Origin: Prorocentrum cordatum
Lineage: Eukaryota
Direction: 5' to 3'
Assembly: GCA_963575745.1 (NCBI GenBank)
Contig: CAUYUJ010000170.1
Location: forward strand, 62,001-126,000
DNA length: 64,000 bases
The notes under the pieces were generated by a model. That model did not search any database, had not been told where the DNA came from, and saw nothing but the letters and a program-made list of their open reading frames with translations. This document shows, piece by piece, positions 11,199 to 22,301 of this stretch. Positions within the stretch are counted from its first letter, which is position 1, and every line of letters begins with the position of its first letter. The position numbers were made by a program, and so were the translations under genes.

Positions 11199-11587
11199 TA
11201 CCGATACCGCTACTCCCCAGACCTCTCCCGGGGTGCGTTCTGACCAGAGTGTCGAAACGAATCAAACGGTGGCGACGATGGCCTCCCAGGAGGCCCGAAG
11301 AGGGGAAAACGGGCGAAGGGTAGCGGCATGGGTACCTTCTCCCCCTCTGAAGCAAGGCCCAGTTCCTCAGAGCGGACAGTAGAAACCCTAAATGCAAGCA
11401 CCGCTTGGGGACAAACTGCATAAACACGTAACTGTTGGAGGTCCGGGCGAATTCCTTGGATCCGCACGGATCTCGCGGATCGCCGCCCCGGACCGCGCTC
11501 TGCGCGCCAGGGACGGGGCCCAGCGCCGGTCCGAGAAATCCGCGCTGAACCGCGAAATTCTTAGCAGCCCTTTGGGCGTGGGTGGTC

Positions 11588-11770
11588 TCGGCGGTGGACA
11601 AATCTCCCTTTGGTAGACCTCCCCTTAGTGAAAACGGCATGGGACCGAAACCGACGGACCTGGACCCGCAAAAATGACGGCCGCGACGCCCTCTCGCGAA
11701 ACGAAAACGGCCAATTCCTCAATCGACGTGTCAGGGTAGGAGGTATGTCCACCCCCGATGGTCTAACGAT
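11588..11770. repeat. Interspersed repeat (TCGGCGGTGGACAAA...GAAACCGACGGACCTGG family)
   Basis: Related copies at 41488-41955 (two in tandem) and about 57095-57270. Confidence 0.75.
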
Positions 11771-12704
11771 GAGGTCGAGGAAACGAGGAAGACGCCAACG
11801 GCTACGAGGAGAAAGGTCCGTCAGCTTCGGCAACAACCACGTGGGCTCGCGGGAGCCGTCTCCCCTCGTGGCCAGGAACCTCGTGGCGCGGGGCCCCTCC
11901 CCCTTCGTCCTCCTCCTCATTCCTCCTCCTCCCCTCCCTCCTCCCCTTCCTCCTCCTCCTCCTCCTCCTCCTCCTCCTCCTCCTCCTCCTCCTCCTCCTC
12001 CTCCTCCTCCTCTCCTCCTCCTCTCCTCCTCCTCCTCCTCCTCCTCCTCCTCCTCCTCTCCTCCTCCTCCTCCTCCCTCCTCCCACTCTACTCCTCCCCC
12101 TCCTCCTCCTCCTCCTCCTCCTCCTCCTCCTCCTCCTCGTCCACCTCCCTTTCTCCTCCTTCCTCCGCCTCCTCCCACTCTCCTCCTCATCCTTTTAATC
12201 ACAACCGTCACATCGCTATCTACTTCGTCGTCGTCATCATCGCCATCATCATCAATCCTGCTCGAGGCGCGCGGGGCAGGGAACTGGAGGTGGGAGGCGA
12301 GAGCGGAGGCGGCGGAGGGGCAGGCAGGCATGCAGGCGAGCGGGCCAGAAGGCGCAGGGCACCTCCTCCTGCTGCTTTGCACACTCCGCCTCTTTCTCCT
12401 GCTTCTCCTGCTCCTCGTTCTCCTTCTCCTGCCGCCTGAGGACTTGCGCACTTCCTCCACTTTCTCTTCGTCTGCACAGCCTATATCACGACGGCGTCAG
12501 GGGATCGAGTTAGACTTCTGCGGGGGCAGCGGGACAGCCTTTTCGACGGAACCTGCCACGATATGGCCTTGTCCATCACATTCTAGATCGGATAAATGGG
12601 GAGCGTGGACGAGAACGAACGTGGGGGGAGGACCGGGAAGCATGATCCAGGAATCACCTCGTGTTCCTGCTACCACTATTGCTCGCCTCCCCCCCGCCAT
12701 CAGA

Positions 12705-12963
12705 CCACCACCATCACCATCATAAATACAGTCGTCACCATCACCACCACCATCATCACCAACAGCATCATCAACAACATCACCATGACCGCCACCGCCA
12801 CCTTCACCATCATCAGCAGCGACAGCATCATCATCACCATCATCATCAGCAGCATCATCATCTGCATTATCAGATTCATCGTCATCAGCATCACCATCCT
12901 CATCAAAATGACCATCATCATCCGCATCATCATCCTCATCATCAGCATCACCATCACCATCAC

Positions 12964-13007
<44 letters not shown>

Positions 13008-13180
13008 GCATCAGCATCATCATAATCACCATCAGCATCATCAGCAGCAGCATCAGTACCCGCATCATCACCATCACCATTAGCATCAGCACATACATCA
13101 GCATCATCATCATCAGCAGCAGCAGCACCTTCGTCACCAAACTCATCCTCATCGTCGCCCTCATCATCATCGTCGTCATC
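12705..13180. repeat. (CAT)n microsatellite
   Basis: Degenerate CAT/CAC/CAG triplets. Confidence 0.95.
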
Positions 13181-13349
13181 GCCCCCCCGACCTCTCGGTT
13201 GCTGGTAGCTGCACGCTGTGGTGCTGAAATGAAGAGGTCAGGAACCTCCCGATAACGAATCCTGGGTTCGACGCGGTGGACCTCCCGTCGGGAGTGGCCC
13301 AGGCCACAACCCCTATAGGACAAGAAGGAACTACTTACACAGAGAAACT

Positions 13350-13480
13350 TTCGAGAGCCCGCGTGGATTTCGTGGATCCGCACTGAGCCCCCCTCCCTGG
13401 CGCGGGGAGCGCGCCAGGTGCGATGGAGGCGACGCCAAAGGGGTCCAGCGCAGATCCCAGAAATCCGCGCGGAGCTCCAG
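13350..13480. repeat. Palindromic ~130-bp interspersed element (CGCGGATT..CGGATCCGCGC...GCGCGGATCC..AATCCGCG)
   Basis: Related copies near 11450, 19700, 19970, 20930, 21750, 23900, 35740 and 37630. Confidence 0.75.
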
Positions 13481-13741
13481 CAGTTTATGTTCGTGCCGCC
13501 GCTTCTATTTCGGAGGAACTACCTCGACCTCGGGGACCTCGAGGAGGATCGGCTTCGGCCTCGAGGACCTCGAGGACCTCCGAGAGCGTATGCTCGTGTA
13601 CTCTCTTCCTCTTCGGGCCCCGCGCTCGGGTCACAGCAGAGGCCCTGCCATGCTGGCGCAGGCTGCGGCTTCTGTCGCCGCGCCAGCGTCGGGGGAGTCC
13701 CAGAGGGGGAGGGGGACGTCAGAAAGAAGGGGCCAGCATCA

Positions 13742-14568
13742 GGTCGGGCATGTCCCCATACAGGCGGATTTTGGACGAACGAAAATAACATTACCCCAGT
13801 GCGACCCTACCTAGAAGTTGGAGCCCTTAGGAAAGCAGCATTAGTTGCTATGCTATGCTATGCTATGATATGCCATGCTATGCTATGCTATGCCATGCTA
13901 TACTGCGCTATGTTATGCTATTATGTGATATTATATGCTATGCTATGCTATGCTATGCTGCGCTATGCTATGCTATGTTATGGTATGAATTGTTATGATA
14001 TGCTATGATATGTCATGTTGCGATGTGCTATGCTAAGCTACATATGATATGATATGCTATGATATGACAATCTGCGCTGTGCTATGCTATGATATGCTGT
14101 GTTATGTTATGATATGCTGCGTTGTGCTATGCTATGCTGGGCTATGCTATGATATGCTGTGCTGCGCTAAATTATGTTACGCTATGCTATGCTATGCGGT
14201 GCTCTGCCATGCTAGAGCTCAGCGAAACTAAGATGAAGGTAAGCTAAGCTACGATAAACATGAGCTAATATGAAGCTAAGCTAAGCTAAGACAAGATGAA
14301 TTAAGTCAAGCTAAGATGAGATAAGCAACGCTAAGGTAAGGGGACGTAACTGGGGGAACCGCGGGGCGGATGCCGGGGGAACCGCCCGGGGCGTTTTACA
14401 CTGCCCGGCCCCTTTAAGCAAAGAGGGTAAGAACCCTTCTAGGCAGAGCCTAGGTAGGGAATTACTCAAACCATATTCGAACATTGTCGAACAAATAATC
14501 GAAAAATCGTCCCCTGACTATTTTTGATTATTTTTGAACATTCCTCCTGTAGAGGGACAGGCCCGACT
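13742..14568. mobile_element. GGTCGGGC-family MITE interrupted by a microsatellite-carrying element
   Basis: Left TIR GGTCGGGCATGTCCCCATACAGG, right TIR CCTGTAGAGGGACAGGCCCGACT; flanked by TCA/TAA; uninterrupted copies elsewhere are about 155-190 bp. Confidence 0.8.
13795..14459. mobile_element. Non-autonomous microsatellite-carrying element, copy 1, with (TATGC)n/(GCTAA)n payload
   Basis: 5' CCCAGTGCGACCCTACCTAG...GGAAAGCAGCATTAG and 3' GAACCCTTCTAGGCAGAGCCTAGGTAGGG shared with 16021-16689. Confidence 0.8.
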
Positions 14569-16020
14569 TAAGGCCAGTGATTAGGCCATGGCCCGAAGCA
14601 CGTGCGCGGCCGAGAGGGGGGGCCTGGGGGGACGCGCTCAAAGGAGAGCTGAGGGCACTGGGCTCTGTGAGACGGTATGGAGGAGGCGGAGGCTGAGGAG
14701 GAGGAGGAGGAGGAGAAGGAGGAGGCGGAGGAGGAGACGCAGGAGGAGGAGGAGGAGGAGGAGGAGACGAAGGAGGAGGAGGAGGAGACGAAAGAGGAAG
14801 AGGGGGAGGAGGAGGAGGAAGAGGAGGAGGGAGAAAGGAGGAGGGAGGAGGGAGGAGGGACCCGACCATGATGTGAATCCCCTCGGGTCGTCCAGAGGCC
14901 TCCTCGATGGGGTCCGCGTCGACGGGGTCGCAGGATCGCGCCGCATCGCCAATGCACCGCAGATGCACCGGGGATGCATCGGAGATGCATCGGAGACGCC
15001 TGCGGTGCATCAGCGACGTCCGCATCGGGAAGCACGGGGTTCCACATCGAGCTGCATTGTCGATGCATCGGCGACGCGGCGCGGTCCTCCGACCCCATCT
15101 GCTCCTCCAGATGGGCATTTTTCCCTCCCGACCTCCTCGACGGTGCGGCCAGGACGACGGAGAGAGGGGAGAGGAGGGAAGGAGGACCCCTGCCTCCATC
15201 CGCCCTCCCTCTCTCCGTCGCTCCTACCAGAGGGAAGGGAGGAGAGGAGACCCGCACCCCCGACGTCGTGACTTCCTTTTCTTACGGCGTAGATGCCCAG
15301 AGGTCTGGACCCTTTCCCCAGGACCGCTTCTTCGTCCCGGGTTGCTTTCTGGACGGCCCCGAGGCCCTGGAAGGGCCCACCAGGAGGCCGAGCATGGCGA
15401 AAAGAGGGAGCTGTCGCTGCTGGCGATGCTGAATAAATTCGACTTGATGTTGTGTCCATGGAAAAAAAAGCAAATCGTTTGCAGATCGGCTTACCCATCG
15501 GTCGAAAGAAGTACGTAGAAACATGAGGTAGGAAGGCGTTGAAAGTAGATTGGGTGTCCGCTCGCCCCCTAAAGAGGACGGAAGAGGTGAAGCCACTCGA
15601 TCATTGAAGTAGGAAGGCGCTGAAAGTAGATTCGAATCTGGGAATCCAAAAATACCTACTTTCAACGACCGATGGGTAACATGTCGGCGAAAAGCCTCCC
15701 GTCGCGGTTGCTGCACACCGCGAGGAGGCCTGGGCATATGCACCGTGCACCGCTCCTGGCCAGGCGCACCCCAAGGCCCACAAGGGTCGTTTTCTGGACG
15801 GCCCCGAAGCCCGGGAAGGGCCCCCCAGGAGGCCGAGCATGGCGAGAAAAGCCTCCCGCCGCGACTGCTGCACGGCGCGAGGAGGCCTGGGCATGTGCAC
15901 CGTGCACCGCTCCTGGCGCCAGGCGCACCCCACAAGGCCCAAGAGAGGTCGGCGCGCGCGCCCTTCTGGGGGCCCTTCGGGGCGTGGGGGATTTGGACGA
16001 AAATGTAATTTTATGATTAT

Positions 16021-16689
16021 CCCAGTGCGACCCTACCTAGGAGTTGGAACCCCTAGGAAAGCAGCATTAGTAGTAACAGTAACGCTAAGCTAAAGCTAAG
16101 CTAAAGCTAAGCTAAAGCTAAGCTACAGCTAAGCCACAGCTAAGCTAAAGTTAAGCTAAAGCTAAGCTAAAGCTAAGCTAAAGCTAAGCTAAAGCTAAGC
16201 TAAAGCTAAGCTAAAGCTAAGCTAAAGCTAAGCTAAAGCTAAGCTACAGTTAAGCTAAAGCTAAGCTAAAGCTGAGCAACAGCTAAGCTAAAGCTAAGCT
16301 ACATCTACGCTAAAGCTAAGCTAAAGCTAAGCTAAATCTAAGCTAAAGCTAAGCTAAAGCTAAGCTAAAGGTAAGCTAAAGCTAAGCTAAAGCTAAGCTA
16401 CAGCTAAGCTACAGCTAAGCTCAAGCTAAGCTAAAGCTAAGCTATAGCTAAGCTAAAGCTAAGCTAAACGCTAAGCGACAAGCTAAGCGAAACGCTAAGC
16501 TAAAGTTAAGCTACAGCTAAGCTAAAGCTAAGCTAAAGCTAAGCTAAAGCTAAAGCTAAAGCTAAAGCTCCCAGGGGACTGGGGGGAACCGTTCCCAGGG
16601 GACTGGGGGAACCGCCCAGGGCGTGTTGCACTGCCCGGCCCCTGCAAGCTAAGAGAGTCAGAACCCTTCTAGGCAGAGCCTAGGTAGGG
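16021..16689. mobile_element. Same element family, copy 2, with (GCTAAAGCTAA)n payload
   Basis: Same termini as 13795-14459 but a different internal satellite. Confidence 0.8.
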
Positions 16690-16825
16690 AAAAATATCAA
16701 AACATGCGAAAAAAAACAAAGCCCCCAAAACAAAAGACAGCTGCGAACTCACAGACCCCACGCGAAGCCACGCACGAGCCCGAGGTGGGCACACAGCCTT
16801 GCTGACCTGGGTCCGGCCAGCATCA

Positions 16826-16988
16826 GGTCGGGCGTGTCCCCCATACAGGGGGACTTGGACAAAAATCAAAAAAAAAAAATCAGACCATGCGCAAAAAAAC
16901 AAAACAGATACCCCCAAAAAAATCGTCCCCTGATTATTTTTTTGATTGATACTATTTTTGATGAGTGCTCCTCCTGTATGGGGACGCG
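16826..16988. mobile_element. GGTCGGGC-family MITE (degenerate right end)
   Basis: Left TIR intact; A-rich core with AATCGTCCCC; CTCCTGTATGGGGAC end. Confidence 0.7.
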
Positions 16989-17077
16989 TGGCGTGAACAC
17001 CCCTCCGGGGCCCTGGGGTGGCGTGAGCGCCCCTCCGGGGCCCCAGGGGCCGGCCTGGCCAGGCTCGTCGGCGCATG

Positions 17078-17253
17078 CAGCGGAGGACAGGCCACAAGAA
17101 ACCTTCCACAGGAGACCCAACCCCGAGACCCAAGGACGTCCATGGATTCTTGGCGTGGGAGCGTCACGCTGTCCATGGCAAAACCTCCGAAACACAAAAA
17201 GCCCAGGGCACCCTGGAGGCAAGCAAGTGGCTTCTTGGCATGGGCCTCCACTG
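17078..17253. mobile_element. CAG...CTG MITE (Tc1/pogo-like), copy 1
   Basis: Imperfect TIR CAG(T)GGAGG.C..GCCA(C)AAGAA / TTCTTGGCATGGGCCTCCACTG followed by TA; second copy at 21507-21686. Confidence 0.7.
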
Positions 17254-17724
17254 TATCCTGGCAGGAGTAGTAGAGGTGCTGAGCACGGCATGGGCAAGCG
17301 TTGGAAGCGCACTTGGCGTCGGAGCAGAACCATCGTCTGGAAAGTACGTCTTGGGGAGTGGTCGTTCTGCGCCACGGCGCGTCAGGTGGACTTGACGGCT
17401 AATGAGGGACGGATCACCTGGTCCTTGAGACTCCATGGCCAGAGAATCGGGCTGACGTTGTCAATGCCGATAAGTACTTCGCGGTTAGTGTAGGGGTGTT
17501 TTTCGCTGGCCAAGCGTATCTTGCCGTTGATGTTAAAGGGAACCCGCCCCTGCAACTGGGAATTATGTTGAACCTTGTACCCCTGGGAGTGACTCCCCAT
17601 GGTAGGTAAGAGCCGTCGTGTGCTTGGTGCTCATCTGTAGTGTCGTAGAGCGGCCGTTCCCATGCGCACGCCGTGCCTGGTCTGTTTCTGCCTTCCAGAG
17701 AGAGATGGAGAGATAGACATACAC

Positions 17725-18030
<306 letters not shown>

Positions 18031-18802
18031 AAAAATAAAGATAAATAAAGAGAGAGATATATGGAGGGAAGGTGGGATAGAGAGAGAGGAAGGGAGAGGG
18101 AGGGAAAGAGAGAGAGAGAGCGATACAGAGGAAAGAAACAGATAACGAGAACGCAGAAGAGAAAGAGACATAACAGAGAGAGTGAACGAGAGAACGACAC
18201 CTATAGGTGTGTATGCTTGCCTATATAGCGAAAGTGATATGAAGCAAGATAAGGACAAATCCAGAGGAACAGCAACTAGTATAGTATAGAGTACGTCATA
18301 CGGAGTAAGGAAGAAACATATTATAGAGCATGCAGAAGAAAGCGCAGACTCCATATTGCAGATGGCAGAGAGCCGAGAGTAGGAGTTAGAGATCAAGTGT
18401 ATAGGGGGGAGTCGGGAGTATACAACATGGCAGACACAAGCGGGTAGAATGCATCGTGTAGAGAACATTAGTGAAATCCACAATCGTCATCCTTTGCCCT
18501 CGCCTAGCAGGGATCATCGCAACGCGCGCTGTCTTTACACTTATCATGCTGACATCTGGTCGAGGTTTCTTATGGTGTAGCGCTGTTGTTCGCAAAGTGG
18601 GCCTTGGGCATGGCGATCCGATGTGAAGCATCGGTACCTCGCCGCGGGCCATCTTGTACAGGTCTCAGGGATCGGAAGCGGCACCATAACGCCGAAACTG
18701 CAGCACGTCGGGCGAAGCTGCGAACTCACAGACCCCACGCGAAGCCACGCACGAGCCCGAGGTGGGCACACGGCCTTGCTGACCTGGGCCCGGCCAGCAT
18801 CA

Positions 18803-18970
18803 GGTCGGGCGTGTCCCCCATACAGGGGGATTTGGACGAAAAGTTAAAAAGAATGAGAACATGTGGAAAACGAAACAAAACATATACCCAACAAAAAAGT
18901 CGTCCCCAGATTACGTGTTGATTAATACGACTTTTGACGACTGCTCCTCCTGTAGAGGGTCGCGCCCGAC
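18803..18970. mobile_element. GGTCGGGC-family MITE
   Basis: Both TIRs present; its ~90-bp upstream flank is duplicated with 16737-16825. Confidence 0.75.
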
Positions 18971-19124
18971 GCAAGGCTGGCAGCCCCCCCCCCTGCGCGA
19001 GGCCCGCAGCGGGGAGCGCCCGAGGCTCCGGTGAGGCCCGGCGGATTCCGGCGAGGCCGGCTCGTGGGCGGAGGCTCCCCCCCCGCCGTGCGTCCGCCTC
19101 GCTGGCCCCTCGGGCATCAGCGGG

Positions 19125-19287
19125 CGAAGAACGGTATAAGATAAACTGTTTCGCTGTCGGGGGCTCCTGTCCCAGGGCGGCTGGAAAGTTTCTGCCCTTC
19201 CGGTGGCACCGTAGGGGTACAAACTGTCCAGCCGCCCTGGGACAGGCGCCCCCGACAGCGAAAAAGTTTATTTTATACCGTTCTTCG
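19125..19287. repeat. Foldback palindrome (~160 bp)
   Basis: CGAAGAACGGTATAAGATAAACTGTTTCGCTGTCGGGG...CCCCGACAGCGAAAAAGTTTATTTTATACCGTTCTTCG. Confidence 0.85.
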
Positions 19288-19334
19288 ACCGATAAGGGCA
19301 AGCCTCGGGAAGAGCGCGTCGACTACGAGAGATT

Positions 19335-20398
19335 CCATTTTCGCCCAAAGTCCGCCTGTGGGAGAGCATGCCCGACCTGATGGTAGCACGGTGGCTGTAC
19401 CTATAGTCTACCTCTCTCCTCCCTCCTTCCAGCGGGCCGCCCCCCCCCCCCCCCGGCACCATTCCGACCAGTTTTTGCCGAGCCGCGTCGACTACGAGAC
19501 GGCGCCTCGAGGGCCCTGAGTACGCAGGAGGGCGCTCTCCCCCTATTCTCCTCCTCTCGGACGGAGAGGAGGACAGGAGGGAGGGGTCGGCATCCTCTCT
19601 TTCCTCCTCGTCTCCCCTGCTCGTGGAAAGGAAGGAGGTACCCCTGCCTCTTCTCCTCACGGGGGCGAAAACTTCAGACACAGAAGAAGCTTTGAGGTCC
19701 GCGCATCTATCCCGGATACGTGCGGGACCCCCCTGGCGGCGCCTCCAGCGCAGCCTCTGGCGCGCTCCGCGCGCCAGGGAGGGGGGTCCGGCGCGGATCC
19801 AAGAAGTCCGCGCGGAGCGCCAAAAGTCTATGTTTATCTGTTTTCTCTTCCTCTAGACACGGCGGGCGGTTTTTGGCTGTTGTCGCCTCCCGGGGGCCCC
19901 TGCTGAGCCCTGGGGCCGTTACAGAGCGATTCGAGAGGAAGAGCAGGGTCCCGTGTAAGGGGTCGGGGCTCCCTGGCGCGCGGAGCGCGCCAGGGGCGGC
20001 GCCGGAGGCCCCGCCAGGGGGGGGTCCAGCGCGGATCCGAGAAACCCGCGCGGACCTCAAAGTTTTCTGTTTATGCCATTTTCGCCCCCCTAAGAAGAGG
20101 AGGGAGGGGTACCCTCTTGCTTTCCGCGCGAAGGGAGACGAGGACGGAGGAGGATGCCGACTCCTCCCTCCTGTCCCCCTCTCCGTCCGAGAGGAGGGGA
20201 ATGGAGGAGCGCCCTCCTGCGTACTCAGGGCGCTCGAGGCGCCCTCTCGCAGTCGACGCGGCTCGGCAAACTGGTCGGGATGGTGCCGGGCGGGCGGTCC
20301 GCTGGAAGGAGGGAGGAGAGAGGTAGACTAGGTACAGCCACCGTGCTACCATTAGGTCGGGCATGCTCTCCTACAGGCAGATGTTGGGCGAAAATGCA
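19335..20398. repeat. Large inverted repeat (~450-bp arms, ~150-bp spacer)
   Basis: About 19335-19820 is the reverse complement of about 19960-20398, e.g. GGTAGCACGGTGGCTGTACCTA vs TAGGTACAGCCACCGTGCTACC. Confidence 0.85.
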
Positions 20399-20510
20399 AA
20401 GATAGCCAAAACGTATACAACAATAGGCGAACACAGTCGAACAATCGTCCCCCCCAGACAATTTTTCAACCAATTTTGAATATTCGTACTTGAGAGGGGC
20501 ATGCCCGACT
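20355..20510. mobile_element. GGTCGGGC-family MITE
   Basis: TTA-GGTCGGGCATGC...GCATGCCCGACT-TAA. Confidence 0.8.
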
Positions 20511-21091
20511 TAACGTAACGCTACCCAGAGGAATGCTGAAAAAGGAACGGGAGGAACACCTCTAGCGTCGTCGAGCCTCGGCCACGAAGAGGTTCCCCGA
20601 CCTACGGCCCAGAAACATGACCAAGAACAAAGCAGAAAAAAAAACCCAGGCCAGCTTCCCAGAAGCTGACTGCCTACCAGACCACCCCCACCCCAACCCG
20701 AGGACCCACATTTGGGGCTGGGGGGGTACGGGTTCCATATGTGCTTTCGCAATGCTCACCCACCCACCCACCCACTGGAAACGGAGGGCAAAGTGAGGTG
20801 GTTTGGTGGGTGGTGAGAAGCTCGAGACAAACCTGGTCAACTTCCCGGGGTTAACGCGGGAGGGGCGACCGTGCTCAAGAAACAGGGCCAGCTGTCTTAG
20901 GGGAACAAGAAGTGACATAAGCATAAAAACTCGGAGGTTCGCGCGGATTTCTCGGATCGGCGCTGGACCCCCCTCCCTGGCGCGCGGAGCGCGCCGGGGG
21001 CGGCGCCGGAGGCGCCGCCAGGGGGGTCCCAGCGCGGATCCGAGAACTCCGCGCGGAGCTCCGAGTTTTTTTTATGTTTATGTTGATGGGC

Positions 21092-21217
21092 GTGTTTTCC
21101 ACCACCACCACCATAAGTTGGAGGGGGGAGGAGGAGGAGGACGCGGAGAAGGAGGACGAAGAAGAGGAGGAGAAGAACCCCTTCCCCTCCAACTTATGGT
21201 GGTGGTGGTGGAAAACA
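21092..21217. repeat. Short foldback element
   Basis: TGTTTTCCACCACCACCACCATAAGTTGGAGGGG / CCCCTCCAACTTATGGTGGTGGTGGTGGAAAACA. Confidence 0.85.
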
Positions 21218-21506
21218 GGCCAATCATATGTCACTTCTTGTCCCCCTAACGTTTCTCGGAAGAGGTCTCGCAGTCAGATGCTCGGCCGTGGTTCCGGGGA
21301 GCGGACCAAGACACCCGAGCCCTTCCTCGGCCCAAAGTGGCCCCTACAGGGCAGTGCTTAACAATATGATTAAAACATATGTATGGGATGTTTAGTAATG
21401 GTTAATCTATGAATTATGCATGAACTCATCGTTGTTTTTAATACTAAATCCCTGCATGTTCAATACATGATCCTCACGCGGAGCATGTATTAAAACCGGC
21501 GCTGTA

Positions 21507-21686
21507 CAGTAGGGGCCCGACCACAAGAAATCTTCCACAGGAGACCCAACCCTGAGACCCGAGGACGTCCATGGATCTCTGGCGTGGGAGCGTCACGCTC
21601 TCCATCGCAAACAACCCTCGAAGCCGAAGAAACCCGGTGCACCTCTCGGAGGCAAGCAGAGTGCTTCTTGGCATGGGCCTCCACTG
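21507..21686. mobile_element. CAG...CTG MITE, copy 2
   Basis: TA-CAGTAGGGGCCC...GGGCCTCCACTG; homologous to 17078-17253. Confidence 0.7.
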
Positions 21687-22301
21687 TGTGTCAGCGTCTT
21701 CATTTGCGTTCACCTCACCTGCGGGGAGGCGCAGCTGCAGGGGCCTCGGGAGTCCGCGCGGACTTCGTGGATCCGCGCTGGGGCCCCCTCCCTGGCGCGC
21801 GGAGCAAGCCATGGGGTGGTGCCGGAGGCGCCGCCAGGGGGTCCCAGACCCGAGACAAGAAACCAGCGCGGACCGTCACCAAAATTCATGCGCATGCAGC
21901 TTGTATCCCTTCGTCCGCCGACCCTTGCCCAGCTCGCCCGGAGCCAAGGACAGGTGCACTGGTCCTGGCTTGGCCAGACGGAGGCATGTGTGCATGGGTC
22001 CTGGGCCCCACGGTGGGTCTGACCAGGGTCGGCGGCATGGATAACTGACATCTCCCGAGGGGAGGAGGGAGTCATCTCGTCGTCGTCGTCGTCATCTCGT
22101 CGTCGTCGTCATCACCATCATCACCATCATGATCATCGGGATCATCATCATCACCACCACCATCATCATAATCACCACCATCACCATCAATCCTGCTTGA
22201 CGCGCGCGGGCATGAGGCTGGAGGTGCGAGGTGGAAAGCGAGAAGAGGAGGCGCCCCTCACTGCACCAGGGCGAGAACATCGGTGCCCTCAGCACTAAGC
22301 A

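Noticed and set aside
17255..17700. Unique sequence that could be an exon or TE fragment
   Set aside because: No frame gives a recognisable domain or links to neighbouring exons.
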